A DNA stretch of 53,749 nt from NCBI GenBank assembly GCA_047624725.1, contig JBLHQB010000001.1, positions 1 through 53,749 on the forward strand, written 5' to 3'. Position 1 is the stretch's first letter. Every line of letters starts with the position of its first letter. Positions 17,092-25,634 of the stretch are shown in pieces. Under the pieces are notes generated by a model, which saw only the letters and a list, made by a program, of their open reading frames with translations, did not search any database and had not been told where the DNA came from. This DNA is from Patiriisocius sp. (GTDB lineage Bacteria; Patescibacteriota; Minisyncoccia; Phycocordibacterales; UBA918). The translations under genes were made by a program, and so were the position numbers.

Positions 17092-19026
17092 ATGTTAGTA
17101 GTTCACAATTGGCTTAAAGACTATTTAGGAGATTCAATTCCATCTGCAAAAGAGATTGAAGAACTTTTGACGTTTCACTCATTTGAAATTGAAGGCGTTG
17201 AAACAGTGAGGGAACATGAGGTGATTGATGTTGATGTATTGCCCAATCGTTCTTCAGACTGTCTGTGTCACCGAGGTATCGCACGTGAGATTGCGAGCGT
17301 CACTAATACAGAATTAGTGAACGACCCGCTACAGAAAGAAGTATCACTGAACACGACTGACCTTATTGATGTAGAGATTGAAGACAAAGAAATGTGTCCA
17401 CGATTTACAGCCTCACTGATTACGGGAATTGAAGTTAAAGATTCACCACAGTGGCTACAAGACCGACTGGTAGCACTTGGACAACGACCGATCAACAATA
17501 TAGTTGATGCGACTAATTACGTGATGTTTGCTATCGGGCAACCGTTGCATGCATATGATGCTGATAAATTCCCGCAGGTAGATGGTACGTGGAAGTTCGG
17601 TGTGCGCTACGCACAAGAAGGAGAAGTCGTTTCACTTATCGCTGAAGGAGGCAAAGACGAAGATCGTGATGTTGTATTGAAAGGAACTGAGCTACTGATT
17701 ATCGATAGGTCTTCAAATACACCAATTGGTTTGGCGGGTGTTAAAGGCGGACGCTTCGCAGGAGTAGACGAGAGCACAACAAAGATCATCGTTGAGGCCG
17801 CGCACTTCGATGCGTCGCTGACACGAAAGACTGCGCGAGGCCTTGGAATCGTTATTGATGCATCAAAGCGATTTGAAAACGAATGTTCGCGAGAGTTGCC
17901 TCCATACGCCCAACAAGAAATCATCGCGCTTATTGCAGACATTGCAGGTGGTGCAAGCGAAGGAACGGTAGATCTCTATTTCCACAAGAAAGAAAATCCT
18001 GAAGTAGTTGTCCGTCCTGAGTTTGCTAATGCGCTGCTTGGACTAGACCTTACTACAGAACAAATGGAATCAATCCTGACACGGGTTGGTATTACCGTTT
18101 CAAAAGTAGATACCCATTTTGTATGTGTCGGTCCATGGGAGCGTACGGATATGAATATTGAAGTTGATTTCATTGAGGAGATTGGACGCGTGCATGGGTT
18201 GAACCATATTGCGTCAGTAGTGCCTGATCCTGTTGTGTTAATCGAGTATAACGCACGACATTACTACAGTGAACAAGTGCGTGATGCGTTGCTCGAGCTT
18301 GGGTTCTCAGAAGTAATTACTTCATCATTCCGAAAGAAAGACAAAGTGAAGTTGCGTAATGCACTTGCAAGTGACAAAGGATGTCTTCGGTCGACGCTCG
18401 CCAAGGGTGTTGGAGATACACTTGATAGGAATGCAGGATTTACAGATCTACTTGGAAACACTGACACGCGAGTATTCGAAATCGGTACTGTCTTTCATAA
18501 AACTGAGGATAGTGTGGGAGAGTATGTATCACTAGCATTTGGTGTGCGAACTAAAGTAAGTGGGTACAATCCAAAAGATGACGCTGAGATATCGCTTGCT
18601 GTTGCAGCAATTGAATCGAAATTAGGAGTCACTGTTACACATACTATTGAAAAAGGAGTTGCCGAAGTTAACTTTACAGAACTCTTTGAGTCACTACCTA
18701 CGCCCAAAGCCTACGAACCTGTTGTGGTTGCTGATGAGATCGCATACACACCATTCTCTGTGTATCCCGCGATGACACGGGATATTGCGATGTGGACTGA
18801 TGAAGGAACTACTGTTGAAGATGTTGAGGCGGTACTAAACGAAGCAGCGGGGAATTTGCGAGTACGTACAACGCACGTAGACGCGTTCATCAAAGATAAC
18901 CGAACTTCGCTCGCATTCCGTTTAGTGTTCCAGTCTATGGATACAACGTTGACTGATGAAGAATTGAATCCAATTATGGATGCTGTGTACAAAGCAGCAA
19001 AAGACAGCGGTTACGAAACACGATAA
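17092..19026 (+). CDS. pheT: Phenylalanine--tRNA ligase beta subunit
   Basis: MLVVHNWLKDYL.., B3/4 and B5 region strings (NNIVDATNYVMFAIGQPLHAYD), C-terminal FDX-ACB-like end. Start at ATG 17092, immediately after the pheS stop. Confidence 0.9.
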   Translation: MLVVHNWLKDYLGDSIPSAKEIEELLTFHSFEIEGVETVREHEVIDVDVLPNRSSDCLCHRGIAREIASVTNTELVNDPLQKEVSLNTTDLIDVEIEDKEMCPRFTASLITGIEVKDSPQWLQDRLVALGQRPINNIVDATNYVMFAIGQPLHAYDADKFPQVDGTWKFGVRYAQEGEVVSLIAEGGKDEDRDVVLKGTELLIIDRSSNTPIGLAGVKGGRFAGVDESTTKIIVEAAHFDASLTRKTARGLGIVIDASKRFENECSRELPPYAQQEIIALIADIAGGASEGTVDLYFHKKENPEVVVRPEFANALLGLDLTTEQMESILTRVGITVSKVDTHFVCVGPWERTDMNIEVDFIEEIGRVHGLNHIASVVPDPVVLIEYNARHYYSEQVRDALLELGFSEVITSSFRKKDKVKLRNALASDKGCLRSTLAKGVGDTLDRNAGFTDLLGNTDTRVFEIGTVFHKTEDSVGEYVSLAFGVRTKVSGYNPKDDAEISLAVAAIESKLGVTVTHTIEKGVAEVNFTELFESLPTPKAYEPVVVADEIAYTPFSVYPAMTRDIAMWTDEGTTVEDVEAVLNEAAGNLRVRTTHVDAFIKDNRTSLAFRLVFQSMDTTLTDEELNPIMDAVYKAAKDSGYETR

Positions 19027-19066
19027 GTACCTGACAGTTCTTGTAATGAGCTGTAACCGAGTAAAC

Positions 19067-19087
19067 AGGTAATCAAACTGATTACCT
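19067..19087 (+). terminator. Possible terminator hairpin after pheT
   Basis: AGGTAATCA-aac-TGATTACCT followed by a T-rich stretch. Confidence 0.45.
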
Positions 19088-19094
19088 CTTGTTG

Positions 19095-19313
19095 TTATTG
19101 CTTTTGCAATATTTGAAATTTTATATTTTCTGGCTTCGGTAGAAAATGAAGGTCATCTGCCCACGTATTCATACATGAATTTAACTCATCACCATTTTCA
19201 AATATGTACTCTTCAGATTGAATCTTTCCCTGAGGACCAAGGTTTCCGATAGGTATTAAGCTTTCGGGACTTGTGTTACTTACGGTGAAAACAGGCATGT
19301 AAGTTCCGTGCAT
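19095..19313 (-). CDS. Hypothetical small protein (72 aa), weakly supported
   Basis: ORF only. No convincing RBS and no recognisable motif. Confidence 0.3.
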   Translation of the reverse strand: MHGTYMPVFTVSNTSPESLIPIGNLGPQGKIQSEEYIFENGDELNSCMNTWADDLHFLPKPENIKFQILQKQ

Positions 19314-19428
19314 GGTATTTTTCTTTTAGATTATCTTCTTTTCCAAAAAGAGCACTATTTCCACAGGTAATCAAGCGCAGAAAGTGATATAATAGGCGTT
19401 ATTATTGTTTATTTGATTATTACTGTTT

Positions 19429-21486
19429 ATGCCAGCTAAAAAGTCTGCACCGAAAGAAAAGAGTTATGATGCATCGTCGATCTCAGTCCTAGAAGGACTG
19501 GAGCCAGTGCGTAAGCGTCCTGGTATGTATATTGGGACTACCGGTCCCGATGGTCTGCACCACATGATCTGGGAGATTTTTGATAACTCGCGTGATGAAG
19601 CGATGGGTAACTTTGCTGACAAGGTTGAGGTAGTGCTCCTTCCTAATAACTACATTCGGGTTGTAGATAACGGACGTGGTATCCCCGTTGATATGCATAA
19701 GCAGACAAAAGTTTCGGCTCTTGAAACGATCATGACCACGCTTCACGCTGGAGGTAAGTTTGGTGGAGACGAGACTGGATACAAAGTTTCTGGTGGACTG
19801 CACGGTGTAGGAGTTTCCGTAGTGAATGCACTTTCAACGCACACACGTGTTGATGTGCACAAAGATGGCGGTCACTACATGCAGGAATACAACATCGGTA
19901 TTGCCAAAGCTAAGGTAAAGAAACTTGGTCCAACTAAGTTCAATGGAACAACCGTAATCTTCCAGGCTGACCCGACAATTTTCCCAGAGGTTAAATTTGA
20001 GTGGAAGCGGATTGTGACGCACTTACGACAGCAGGCGTACTTGGTAAAAGGAATGCATCTAACGGTAATTGACGCACGAGACAGCGAAGAGGCGCTTGAC
20101 CCGAAGTCACTACAAGATGTGGTGTATGTTTCCGATATGAAGCTTGAAGTACCAAAGCAAACCTTCTACTTCGAGGGAGGACTTAAGTCATTGGTTGCGT
20201 TCAATAACCAATACCAAAAGCCAGTACATAAAAATATTTTCTATATCGAACGAGAAGATTATGATGAGAATGTATTGTCAGTAGAAGTATCACTACAGTA
20301 CGTAGATGACATCTCTTCACGTATCTCAGCGTTCGCCAACAACATCTATAACCCTGAGCATGGAACACACATCACAGGATTTAAGACTGCGTTGACTCGT
20401 ACGCTTAATACCTATGCAAAGAAGAATAATTTCTTCTCAGTAAAGGATAAGGACACAGGATTTACTGGAGACGATGTACTTGAAGGTATCACTGCAGTAG
20501 TTTCCATCAAGATGCCTGAGATTCAGTTTGAAGGACAGACTAAGGGAAAGCTAGGATCGGTAGAAGCACGTGGCGCAGTTGAGTCAGTGTTTGGAGAAGC
20601 ATTCAACGAATATCTTGAAGAACATCCTGATGATGCTAAGGCAATCATCAACAAAGTAATCATTGCAACAAAGGCACGTAAGGCAGCGAAAGCAGCTAAG
20701 GATTCAGTAATGCGTAAAGGAGCACTTGAAGGAATGTCGCTTCCTGGAAAGCTTGCTGACTGTCAGACTAAGTCTGCTGAAGAGTCAGAGATCTTTATTG
20801 TAGAGGGAGACTCTGCGGGAGGATCTGCGAAGATGGGACGTGACCGACGTACCCAAGCAATTCTTCCACTGCGAGGAAAGATTCTTAATGTAGAGCGAGC
20901 GCGTATCGACAAGATGCTTGCTAGTGAACAGATCAAGAACCTGGTGATCGCTATGGGTACTGCTATTGGAGATGTGTTCGATATCTCAAAGCTGCGATAC
21001 CACAAGATCATTATCGCGACTGACGCGGACGTTGACGGTGCGCACATTCGTACGCTACTTCTGACACTATTCTTCCGGTACTTCAAACCATTGATCGAAG
21101 AAGGATACCTGTACATCGCGCAACCACCACTATATAAAATCAAGAAAGGGAAGGAGAGTTGGTATGCATATACTGAAGCTGAAAAGACAGCTATCGTAGG
21201 CGAAGAAGAAGTTGGTGTTGAAGGTGAGGAAGGAGATGAAGTCGCTGAAGATACAGAGAAGAAAGCAGCTAAGTATCACATCCAGCGATACAAGGGGCTT
21301 GGAGAGATGAACCCAGATGAGCTATGGGAAACTACTATGAACCCAGGGAACCGAATTCTGAAGCAGGTGACTATCGATGATGGGATAGATGCAGATCGAG
21401 TGTTCGACATTTTGATGGGGACAGATGTGGCGAGTCGGAAGTCCTTCATACAAAGCAACGCACAGAACGCCACCATCGACATTTAA
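19429..21486 (+). CDS. gyrB: DNA gyrase subunit B
   Basis: LEGLEPVRKRPGMYIG, GGLHGVG, EGDSAGGSAK, PLRGKILNVE, IIIATDADVDGAHI. 685 aa. Confidence 0.93.
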   Translation: MPAKKSAPKEKSYDASSISVLEGLEPVRKRPGMYIGTTGPDGLHHMIWEIFDNSRDEAMGNFADKVEVVLLPNNYIRVVDNGRGIPVDMHKQTKVSALETIMTTLHAGGKFGGDETGYKVSGGLHGVGVSVVNALSTHTRVDVHKDGGHYMQEYNIGIAKAKVKKLGPTKFNGTTVIFQADPTIFPEVKFEWKRIVTHLRQQAYLVKGMHLTVIDARDSEEALDPKSLQDVVYVSDMKLEVPKQTFYFEGGLKSLVAFNNQYQKPVHKNIFYIEREDYDENVLSVEVSLQYVDDISSRISAFANNIYNPEHGTHITGFKTALTRTLNTYAKKNNFFSVKDKDTGFTGDDVLEGITAVVSIKMPEIQFEGQTKGKLGSVEARGAVESVFGEAFNEYLEEHPDDAKAIINKVIIATKARKAAKAAKDSVMRKGALEGMSLPGKLADCQTKSAEESEIFIVEGDSAGGSAKMGRDRRTQAILPLRGKILNVERARIDKMLASEQIKNLVIAMGTAIGDVFDISKLRYHKIIIATDADVDGAHIRTLLLTLFFRYFKPLIEEGYLYIAQPPLYKIKKGKESWYAYTEAEKTAIVGEEEVGVEGEEGDEVAEDTEKKAAKYHIQRYKGLGEMNPDELWETTMNPGNRILKQVTIDDGIDADRVFDILMGTDVASRKSFIQSNAQNATIDI

Positions 21487-21616
21487 GACAGATCTTGAGC
21501 GAATTACTGCGTTACTACTCAGTAAATTGAATCTCATCGTACTACCCGTACGCCTCGGTTCAATTTCTTCGCGCGCCTTGCACTTCATCTCAAGCTCAAG
21601 TCTTAAATCATACCTC

Positions 21617-21645
21617 CGTCTTTGCGAGGTATCGAAGCAACCCAG
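21617..21645 (+). repeat. Family A unit
   Basis: CGTCTTTGCGAGgtatcgaaGCAAcCCAG. Confidence 0.7.
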
Positions 21646-21653
21646 CGTCACAT

Positions 21654-21685
21654 AAAAACCAGATGAGTATCCTCATCTGGTTTTT
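21654..21685 (+). terminator. Rho-independent terminator (gyrB)
   Basis: AAAAACCAGATGAG-tatc-CTCATCTGGTTTTT. Confidence 0.85.
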
Positions 21686-21709
21686 ATATTTATTTCAGCA
21701 TCCCATCAT

Positions 21710-22079
21710 CGTCTTTGCGAGCGGAGCAAAGCAATCCAGGAATATAATATACAGATGGAAAAACAACCATGTGTCTATATTATGACAAACAAAAGAAACG
21801 GTACTTTGTATGCCGGTGTTACGAGTAATATTCATAAACGAGTCTCTGAACATGTTCAGGGTCAAGTAGAAGGTTTTACCAAGAGGTATCATCTCCACAG
21901 ATTGGTATATGTGGAAGCATGCGAAAATATGTTCCAAGCGATAGAACGCGAGAAGCAGATTAAAGCTGGATCCAGGAAGAAGAAATTAGAGCTTATTGAG
22001 AAAGAGAATCCATCGTGGAATGATTTATCTGAGATGATCTGACCCCTGGATTGCTTCGACTGAGGTCTCGCAAAGACGG
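21710..22079 (+). mobile_element. GIY-YIG nuclease gene bracketed by inverted family A units (370-bp putative mobile or domesticated element)
   Basis: Left unit 21710-21740 ends 14 nt before the ATG. The inverted right unit 22045-22079 starts 2 nt after the stop. Confidence 0.6.
21755..22042 (+). CDS. GIY-YIG (URI-domain) nuclease family protein, 95 aa
   Basis: PCVYIMTNKRNGTLYAGVTSNIHKRVSEH...EREKQIKAGSRKKK shows the GIY...YxG, Arg and Glu core pattern of small stand-alone GIY-YIG proteins. Confidence 0.82.
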   Translation: MEKQPCVYIMTNKRNGTLYAGVTSNIHKRVSEHVQGQVEGFTKRYHLHRLVYVEACENMFQAIEREKQIKAGSRKKKLELIEKENPSWNDLSEMI

Positions 22080-22126
22080 TGGGTAGTAAGCCATTCGTCT
22101 TTGCGAGCCTCAGCGCGGCAATCCAG
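22045..22126. repeat. Inverted pair of family A units (R then F) forming an 82-nt hairpin
   Basis: CCTGGATTGCttcgaCTGAGGtCTCGCAAAGACGG-16 nt-CGTCTTTGCGAGCCTCAGcgcgGCAATCCAG. Confidence 0.8.
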
Positions 22127-22136
22127 CAAGCGTAAG

Positions 22137-22167
22137 AAAACCAGATACGTGTTACGTATCTGGTTTT
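22137..22167 (-). terminator. Rho-independent terminator of the small-ORF pair
   Basis: AAAACCAGATACG-tgtt-ACGTATCTGGTTTT. The stop codon of ORF 22152-22481 lies in the loop. Confidence 0.7.
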
Positions 22168-22481
22168 GGTGTTTCTTCTGCTTTCTTTCCAAGAAGCTCT
22201 TCCATCATTTCGTCTGCGAATGCATTAGCTTCTGCGGAAGGCACCTTAGTTCTTGTGTAGGGCTGAAAAGGTCCTCTCTGCAGTTGTGTAACAATATCTT
22301 TTATGGGTGCAGCCATATCCTGTTCCTTCTTTTCGGGCTTCTCCTGATGGCCCTCAAGTGAGTAGTTGTCAAGAATCTTCCTTGCAAGTGCAAAATTTTT
22401 CTTGCCTCCAGGCTTAGGTTTTGTCTGTCTAAGCCTTACTGACCTCAACATTGATCTGATATTACGTAGTGTCGCTGCCAT
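22152..22481 (-). CDS. Hypothetical basic protein (109 aa)
   Basis: ORF with GGAGA RBS. The start is 2 nt after the stop of the upstream 56-aa ORF. No family recognised. Confidence 0.5.
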   Translation of the reverse strand: MAATLRNIRSMLRSVRLRQTKPKPGGKKNFALARKILDNYSLEGHQEKPEKKEQDMAAPIKDIVTQLQRGPFQPYTRTKVPSAEANAFADEMMEELLGKKAEETPKPDT

Positions 22482-22483
22482 GG

Positions 22484-22654
22484 TTATGTCTCCAGTGGTG
22501 TGATGCGAAGCATGTTTAGCAAGTCAACAGCAAATGTTGAAGCGGCTTCGGTTTCTTCTGGTGTTCTTGTTTCATGTACAGGCTCAAGCCTTTGCTTTGG
22601 TAGGCCTATACCACAATGAAACATCGCAAGAATATCTTTATTTTCTGTAGCCAT
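22484..22654 (-). CDS. Hypothetical small protein (56 aa), not in the ORF track (<60 aa)
   Basis: ATG 22654 is preceded by AGGGGGA 7 nt upstream. MATENKDILAMFHCGIGLPKQRLEPVHETRTPEETEAASTFAVDLLNMLRITPLET*. Translationally coupled to the next ORF. Confidence 0.5.
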   Translation of the reverse strand: MATENKDILAMFHCGIGLPKQRLEPVHETRTPEETEAASTFAVDLLNMLRITPLET

Positions 22655-22728
22655 CTTGTGTCCCCCTAATGTTCAGTGGTTTTCTGTGTTTAGTTTACGC
22701 CTTAGGTTTATATCGGTCAATACACAAT

Positions 22729-22760
22729 AAAACCCCGTACGCTTTCGCGTACGGGGTTTT
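22729..22760 (-). terminator. Rho-independent terminator (bidirectional palindrome)
   Basis: AAAACCCCGTACGC-tttc-GCGTACGGGGTTTT downstream of the 22795-23847 gene. Confidence 0.85.
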
Positions 22761-22794
22761 ATTGTGATCCGTAGGATCAATGGAGTAATTGGTA

Positions 22795-23847
22795 TTACTT
22801 CACTACATTTACAGCCCAGGTAAAGCTGTTGTTTGCGTTGTCTACGTCGCTCTTTGCAGTGATATCTGCGCCGAACCGTTCTACACCAGTTTGTGTAAGT
22901 CCTTCAAAACCGATTGTAATAATCGCTTTTTCGTTTGGCTTCAATACATCCTGTTCTCCAGATGTGTATTCAATACCAGAAGGGAGGTGTGCTTCGTAGC
23001 CCCATTCTTTTGAAGTCTTTGTACCGATGTTTGTAACTTGGAACTTGAATGCTCCTTGTTCATCGATATCAATTGAAGGCCCTGCTGAGAATGTCTTTCC
23101 CGTTAGTGATCCTACGCCAAGGTAGGTAACTTGTAGGTCGATCTTTCCGTTAGGGTCAGATGTTGGGATTGCGTAGATGATTTCCTCTACCGTAGTCGGT
23201 GTTCCAGCAGTGAGTCCTGTACCAGTGTTTGTAACCAGTGTTTCAGGTTCAACTTCTGGTTCAGTTGTTGTTTCACCAGCAACCTGTCCTTCAGCCGCAG
23301 CTTCTTCTTCAGACATCGCAAGTCCGGTAGTTGGGATACTTACATTCACAATAGTAATTTGTGATGTTGCTTCGATTTCTTCTGCATCAATGTCTTCAGG
23401 TGAGTACAGAACTGTGTACGTCACGTCCGTGAATCGTTGCTTCTCTGAAGTAACAATCACATCAAGTGAAGTTGTGTTACCTAGTCCATACGTTTCACCA
23501 CAATCAAGTGATAGAACTTCGCCCTGCGCGTTACGTACATCAATTGATGCACCTTCAGCACATTGGTAACTAAATGAATACGTTCCCTCATGATTCATTT
23601 GTGTCCAGGAAAGAGTAAACGCTTCTCCTGTGTTTGCGACGCTATCAGCAGTAGCAACCGTAAGTGTCTGATCTTCACTGTAGTTGTATACACCATCAGC
23701 AATAGAAGCAAGAGAGCTAAATGCTGAAGGGATAACACTGACAACTTGTACGGCAAGCCATACGGCAAAGAGGATAGCAACAACAAAACCGACGATGGCA
23801 AATGTCTTTGTTACTGAATCCTTCTGATCTTGTGTAACCTGGTTCAT
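22795..23847 (-). CDS. Membrane-anchored extracellular protein (possible CARDB/Ig-like C-terminal domain)
   Basis: N-terminal TM FAIVGFVVAILFAVWLAVQVV, acidic T/E-rich linker, beta-rich C-terminal domain. The family call is tentative. Confidence 0.55.
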   Translation of the reverse strand: MNQVTQDQKDSVTKTFAIVGFVVAILFAVWLAVQVVSVIPSAFSSLASIADGVYNYSEDQTLTVATADSVANTGEAFTLSWTQMNHEGTYSFSYQCAEGASIDVRNAQGEVLSLDCGETYGLGNTTSLDVIVTSEKQRFTDVTYTVLYSPEDIDAEEIEATSQITIVNVSIPTTGLAMSEEEAAAEGQVAGETTTEPEVEPETLVTNTGTGLTAGTPTTVEEIIYAIPTSDPNGKIDLQVTYLGVGSLTGKTFSAGPSIDIDEQGAFKFQVTNIGTKTSKEWGYEAHLPSGIEYTSGEQDVLKPNEKAIITIGFEGLTQTGVERFGADITAKSDVDNANNSFTWAVNVVK

Positions 23848-24032
23848 AAATAATATAAATAAATATGTGTAGTAAAGTGTACCGTCCGCATCGCACTATA
23901 TACGTATCAGCAAAACACTCTTATACATACATAAGAGGGAAGAGCAGTTGTAATAGTGAGAACGGTGCTCCATACGTGGGAGCAGTACATGAATACAATA
24001 GCATGCTTTGGACCGTACGTCAAGTCTAGGTA

Positions 24033-24060
24033 TTGACAACATCATAAAACAATGTATTAT
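24033..24060 (+). promoter_or_regulatory. Sigma-70-like promoter for the sortase gene
   Basis: TTGACA-16 nt-TATTAT, 23 nt upstream of ATG 24083. Confidence 0.5.
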
Positions 24061-24082
24061 ACTTCTAATTAATTTAAGATAT

Positions 24083-24754
24083 ATGCAATACCCACACTCA
24101 TTCAACGAGCTGTTGCGACAACTACTGATACGAAAAGTATCATTTTTCTTCACATTTTTCTTTGTGATTCTTTTGTCATACGCGATATTGTTTATCATCG
24201 ATTTTATCCCTGAACCTATTGAAGAGGATACTGTTACGGCTGTTGAAGAAGTTGAGGAGGAACCTATAAAGGAAGTGCTTCCAGAAGTAGAGGAGGTTAA
24301 GAGCGTTGTTGAGTCACCATTGCCGATCAAAATCATTTTTGAAACACTTGACCGAGAGGTAACCGTGCTCAACCCTGCATCCCGTGCGATAGTTGACCTT
24401 GATGAAGCGCTCCTTGATGGGGCGGTGCGACACCCTGATTCCGCTGATTTCTCTGAGGATGGCAATATCTTCATCCTTGCACACTCAAGCTACCTACCTA
24501 ATGTATTCAACAAGAACTTCCAAGCATTTAACGGTATCCAGGAGCTTACTTGGGGAGACAAAATTCGCGTACAGTCAGATGATATGGAATACGTGTACTC
24601 AGTGAAAAAGACCTATAAAGCCAAGGCTACCGAGGTTTTTGTGCCTGAGACACCAGGAGAGGCAAACCTAACACTCGCTACTTGTAACAGTTTCGGATCA
24701 AAAGACGACCGATTCATGGTTGAGGCGAAATTAATAGGGGAGTATAAGATTTAA
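24083..24754 (+). CDS. Sortase family transpeptidase
   Basis: N-terminal TM, acidic linker, His (IFILAHSSY), Cys motif NLTLATCNS (TLxTC) and Arg (DDRFMVEAKL). Start moved to ATG 24083. Confidence 0.75.
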   Translation: MQYPHSFNELLRQLLIRKVSFFFTFFFVILLSYAILFIIDFIPEPIEEDTVTAVEEVEEEPIKEVLPEVEEVKSVVESPLPIKIIFETLDREVTVLNPASRAIVDLDEALLDGAVRHPDSADFSEDGNIFILAHSSYLPNVFNKNFQAFNGIQELTWGDKIRVQSDDMEYVYSVKKTYKAKATEVFVPETPGEANLTLATCNSFGSKDDRFMVEAKLIGEYKI

Positions 24755-24776
24755 ACGGCTCTAATGAGCCGTTTAA
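24751..24776 (+). terminator. Terminator-like hairpin after the sortase gene
   Basis: TTAAACGGCTC-taat-GAGCCGTTTAA overlapping the stop codon. Confidence 0.55.
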
Positions 24777-24868
24777 TGACGTATACAGAGTATAATATGT
24801 CCGTAACTTGTTATATAATGGCCAGTATCAAAGGATGAGGATTACTGATAAATACTACACATAAAGCC

Positions 24869-24897
24869 TTGACATATGTCAAAGAATATGATACTAT
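24869..24897 (+). promoter_or_regulatory. Near-consensus sigma-70 promoter with extended -10
   Basis: TTGACA-17 nt (ending TGA)-TACTAT, about 250 nt upstream of ATG 25150. Confidence 0.55.
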
Positions 24898-25149
24898 ATA
24901 TATAAGTAAAGAAGCAGTTCTTGAAGCGAGCAAAGTGCTCATCGTTCACTCCATAACGTTTTAAAAAAGATAACAAGCTTAGTGCTCATAAATCCCGATC
25001 AGGTATCGGACAATTTGTTGGTACCAAGCTGCTCACAATGATGTGTAAAGCCTCATTGTGAGATGAGTAGAACTTTGAAACAAATCTGTTTTGACATGAG
25101 TTGAGCAATCTGCTCATTCTTAAACAGATACAATTAGAGGAGACCGAAG

Positions 25150-25608
25150 ATGCAAATCATTCGGAAATTTATGACTGTTGTTGCGATTACCTTCGGGCTT
25201 GCACTTCCAGTTGCTACAGTAATCACATTGACCACTGCAACATCTGCGATGGCATGTGACATATCTGGTGACCGTGGTTGTTATCGGGAAAGCTCAGGTG
25301 TTGTCTTTCGAGGCGATCGTGTGCTCCCAAGGACAATTGAGGTCACTGTATGCAATCCATATCTTGACCAGTACGACATTGGTACCTTACGAGGTGTCAG
25401 GACCCACTGGTGGGGACCTGTTATGCGATATGTATCGCAAAAGCATGGTGCCTGGTATGGCGACCTTGAGATATTGACACAAGAATGCAAAACGTACTGG
25501 GTGCTTCCGGGTACCGAGATCCGCGTCTTTGCAGACTGTATCGATGCACTGATCACAACTGGCCGAATGACTCGGGCAGGAACATTCAATATGCGCCCCA
25601 AGGCGTAA
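25150..25608 (+). CDS. Secreted Cys-rich hypothetical protein (152 aa)
   Basis: AGAGGAG RBS and a signal peptide ending TSAMA|C. No family recognised. Confidence 0.6.
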   Translation: MQIIRKFMTVVAITFGLALPVATVITLTTATSAMACDISGDRGCYRESSGVVFRGDRVLPRTIEVTVCNPYLDQYDIGTLRGVRTHWWGPVMRYVSQKHGAWYGDLEILTQECKTYWVLPGTEIRVFADCIDALITTGRMTRAGTFNMRPKA

Positions 25609-25634
25609 TTGTAAACAATTTTTGGAGAACTAGA

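Noticed and set aside
19027-19428. Replication origin next to gyrB
   Set aside because: No dnaA or dnaN gene is here. I found only isolated DnaA-box-like 9-mers, and those are elsewhere (TTATCCACT on the minus strand at 6515-6523 and 29778-29786). There is no cluster of boxes or AT-rich unwinding element.
22040-22042. Alternative genetic code (TGA recoded, as in some CPR lineages)
   Set aside because: TGA terminates well-defined genes at the expected protein ends (GIY-YIG at 22040-22042, smc at 42811-42813). No conserved gene needs read-through of an in-frame TGA.
21617-22126. CRISPR array, suggested by four copies of a roughly 31-nt repeat within 500 bp
   Set aside because: The copies are in mixed orientation with irregular spacing (14-300 nt) and variable centres, and one interval is a protein gene. 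No cas genes are present. This is a dispersed palindromic repeat family, not a CRISPR.
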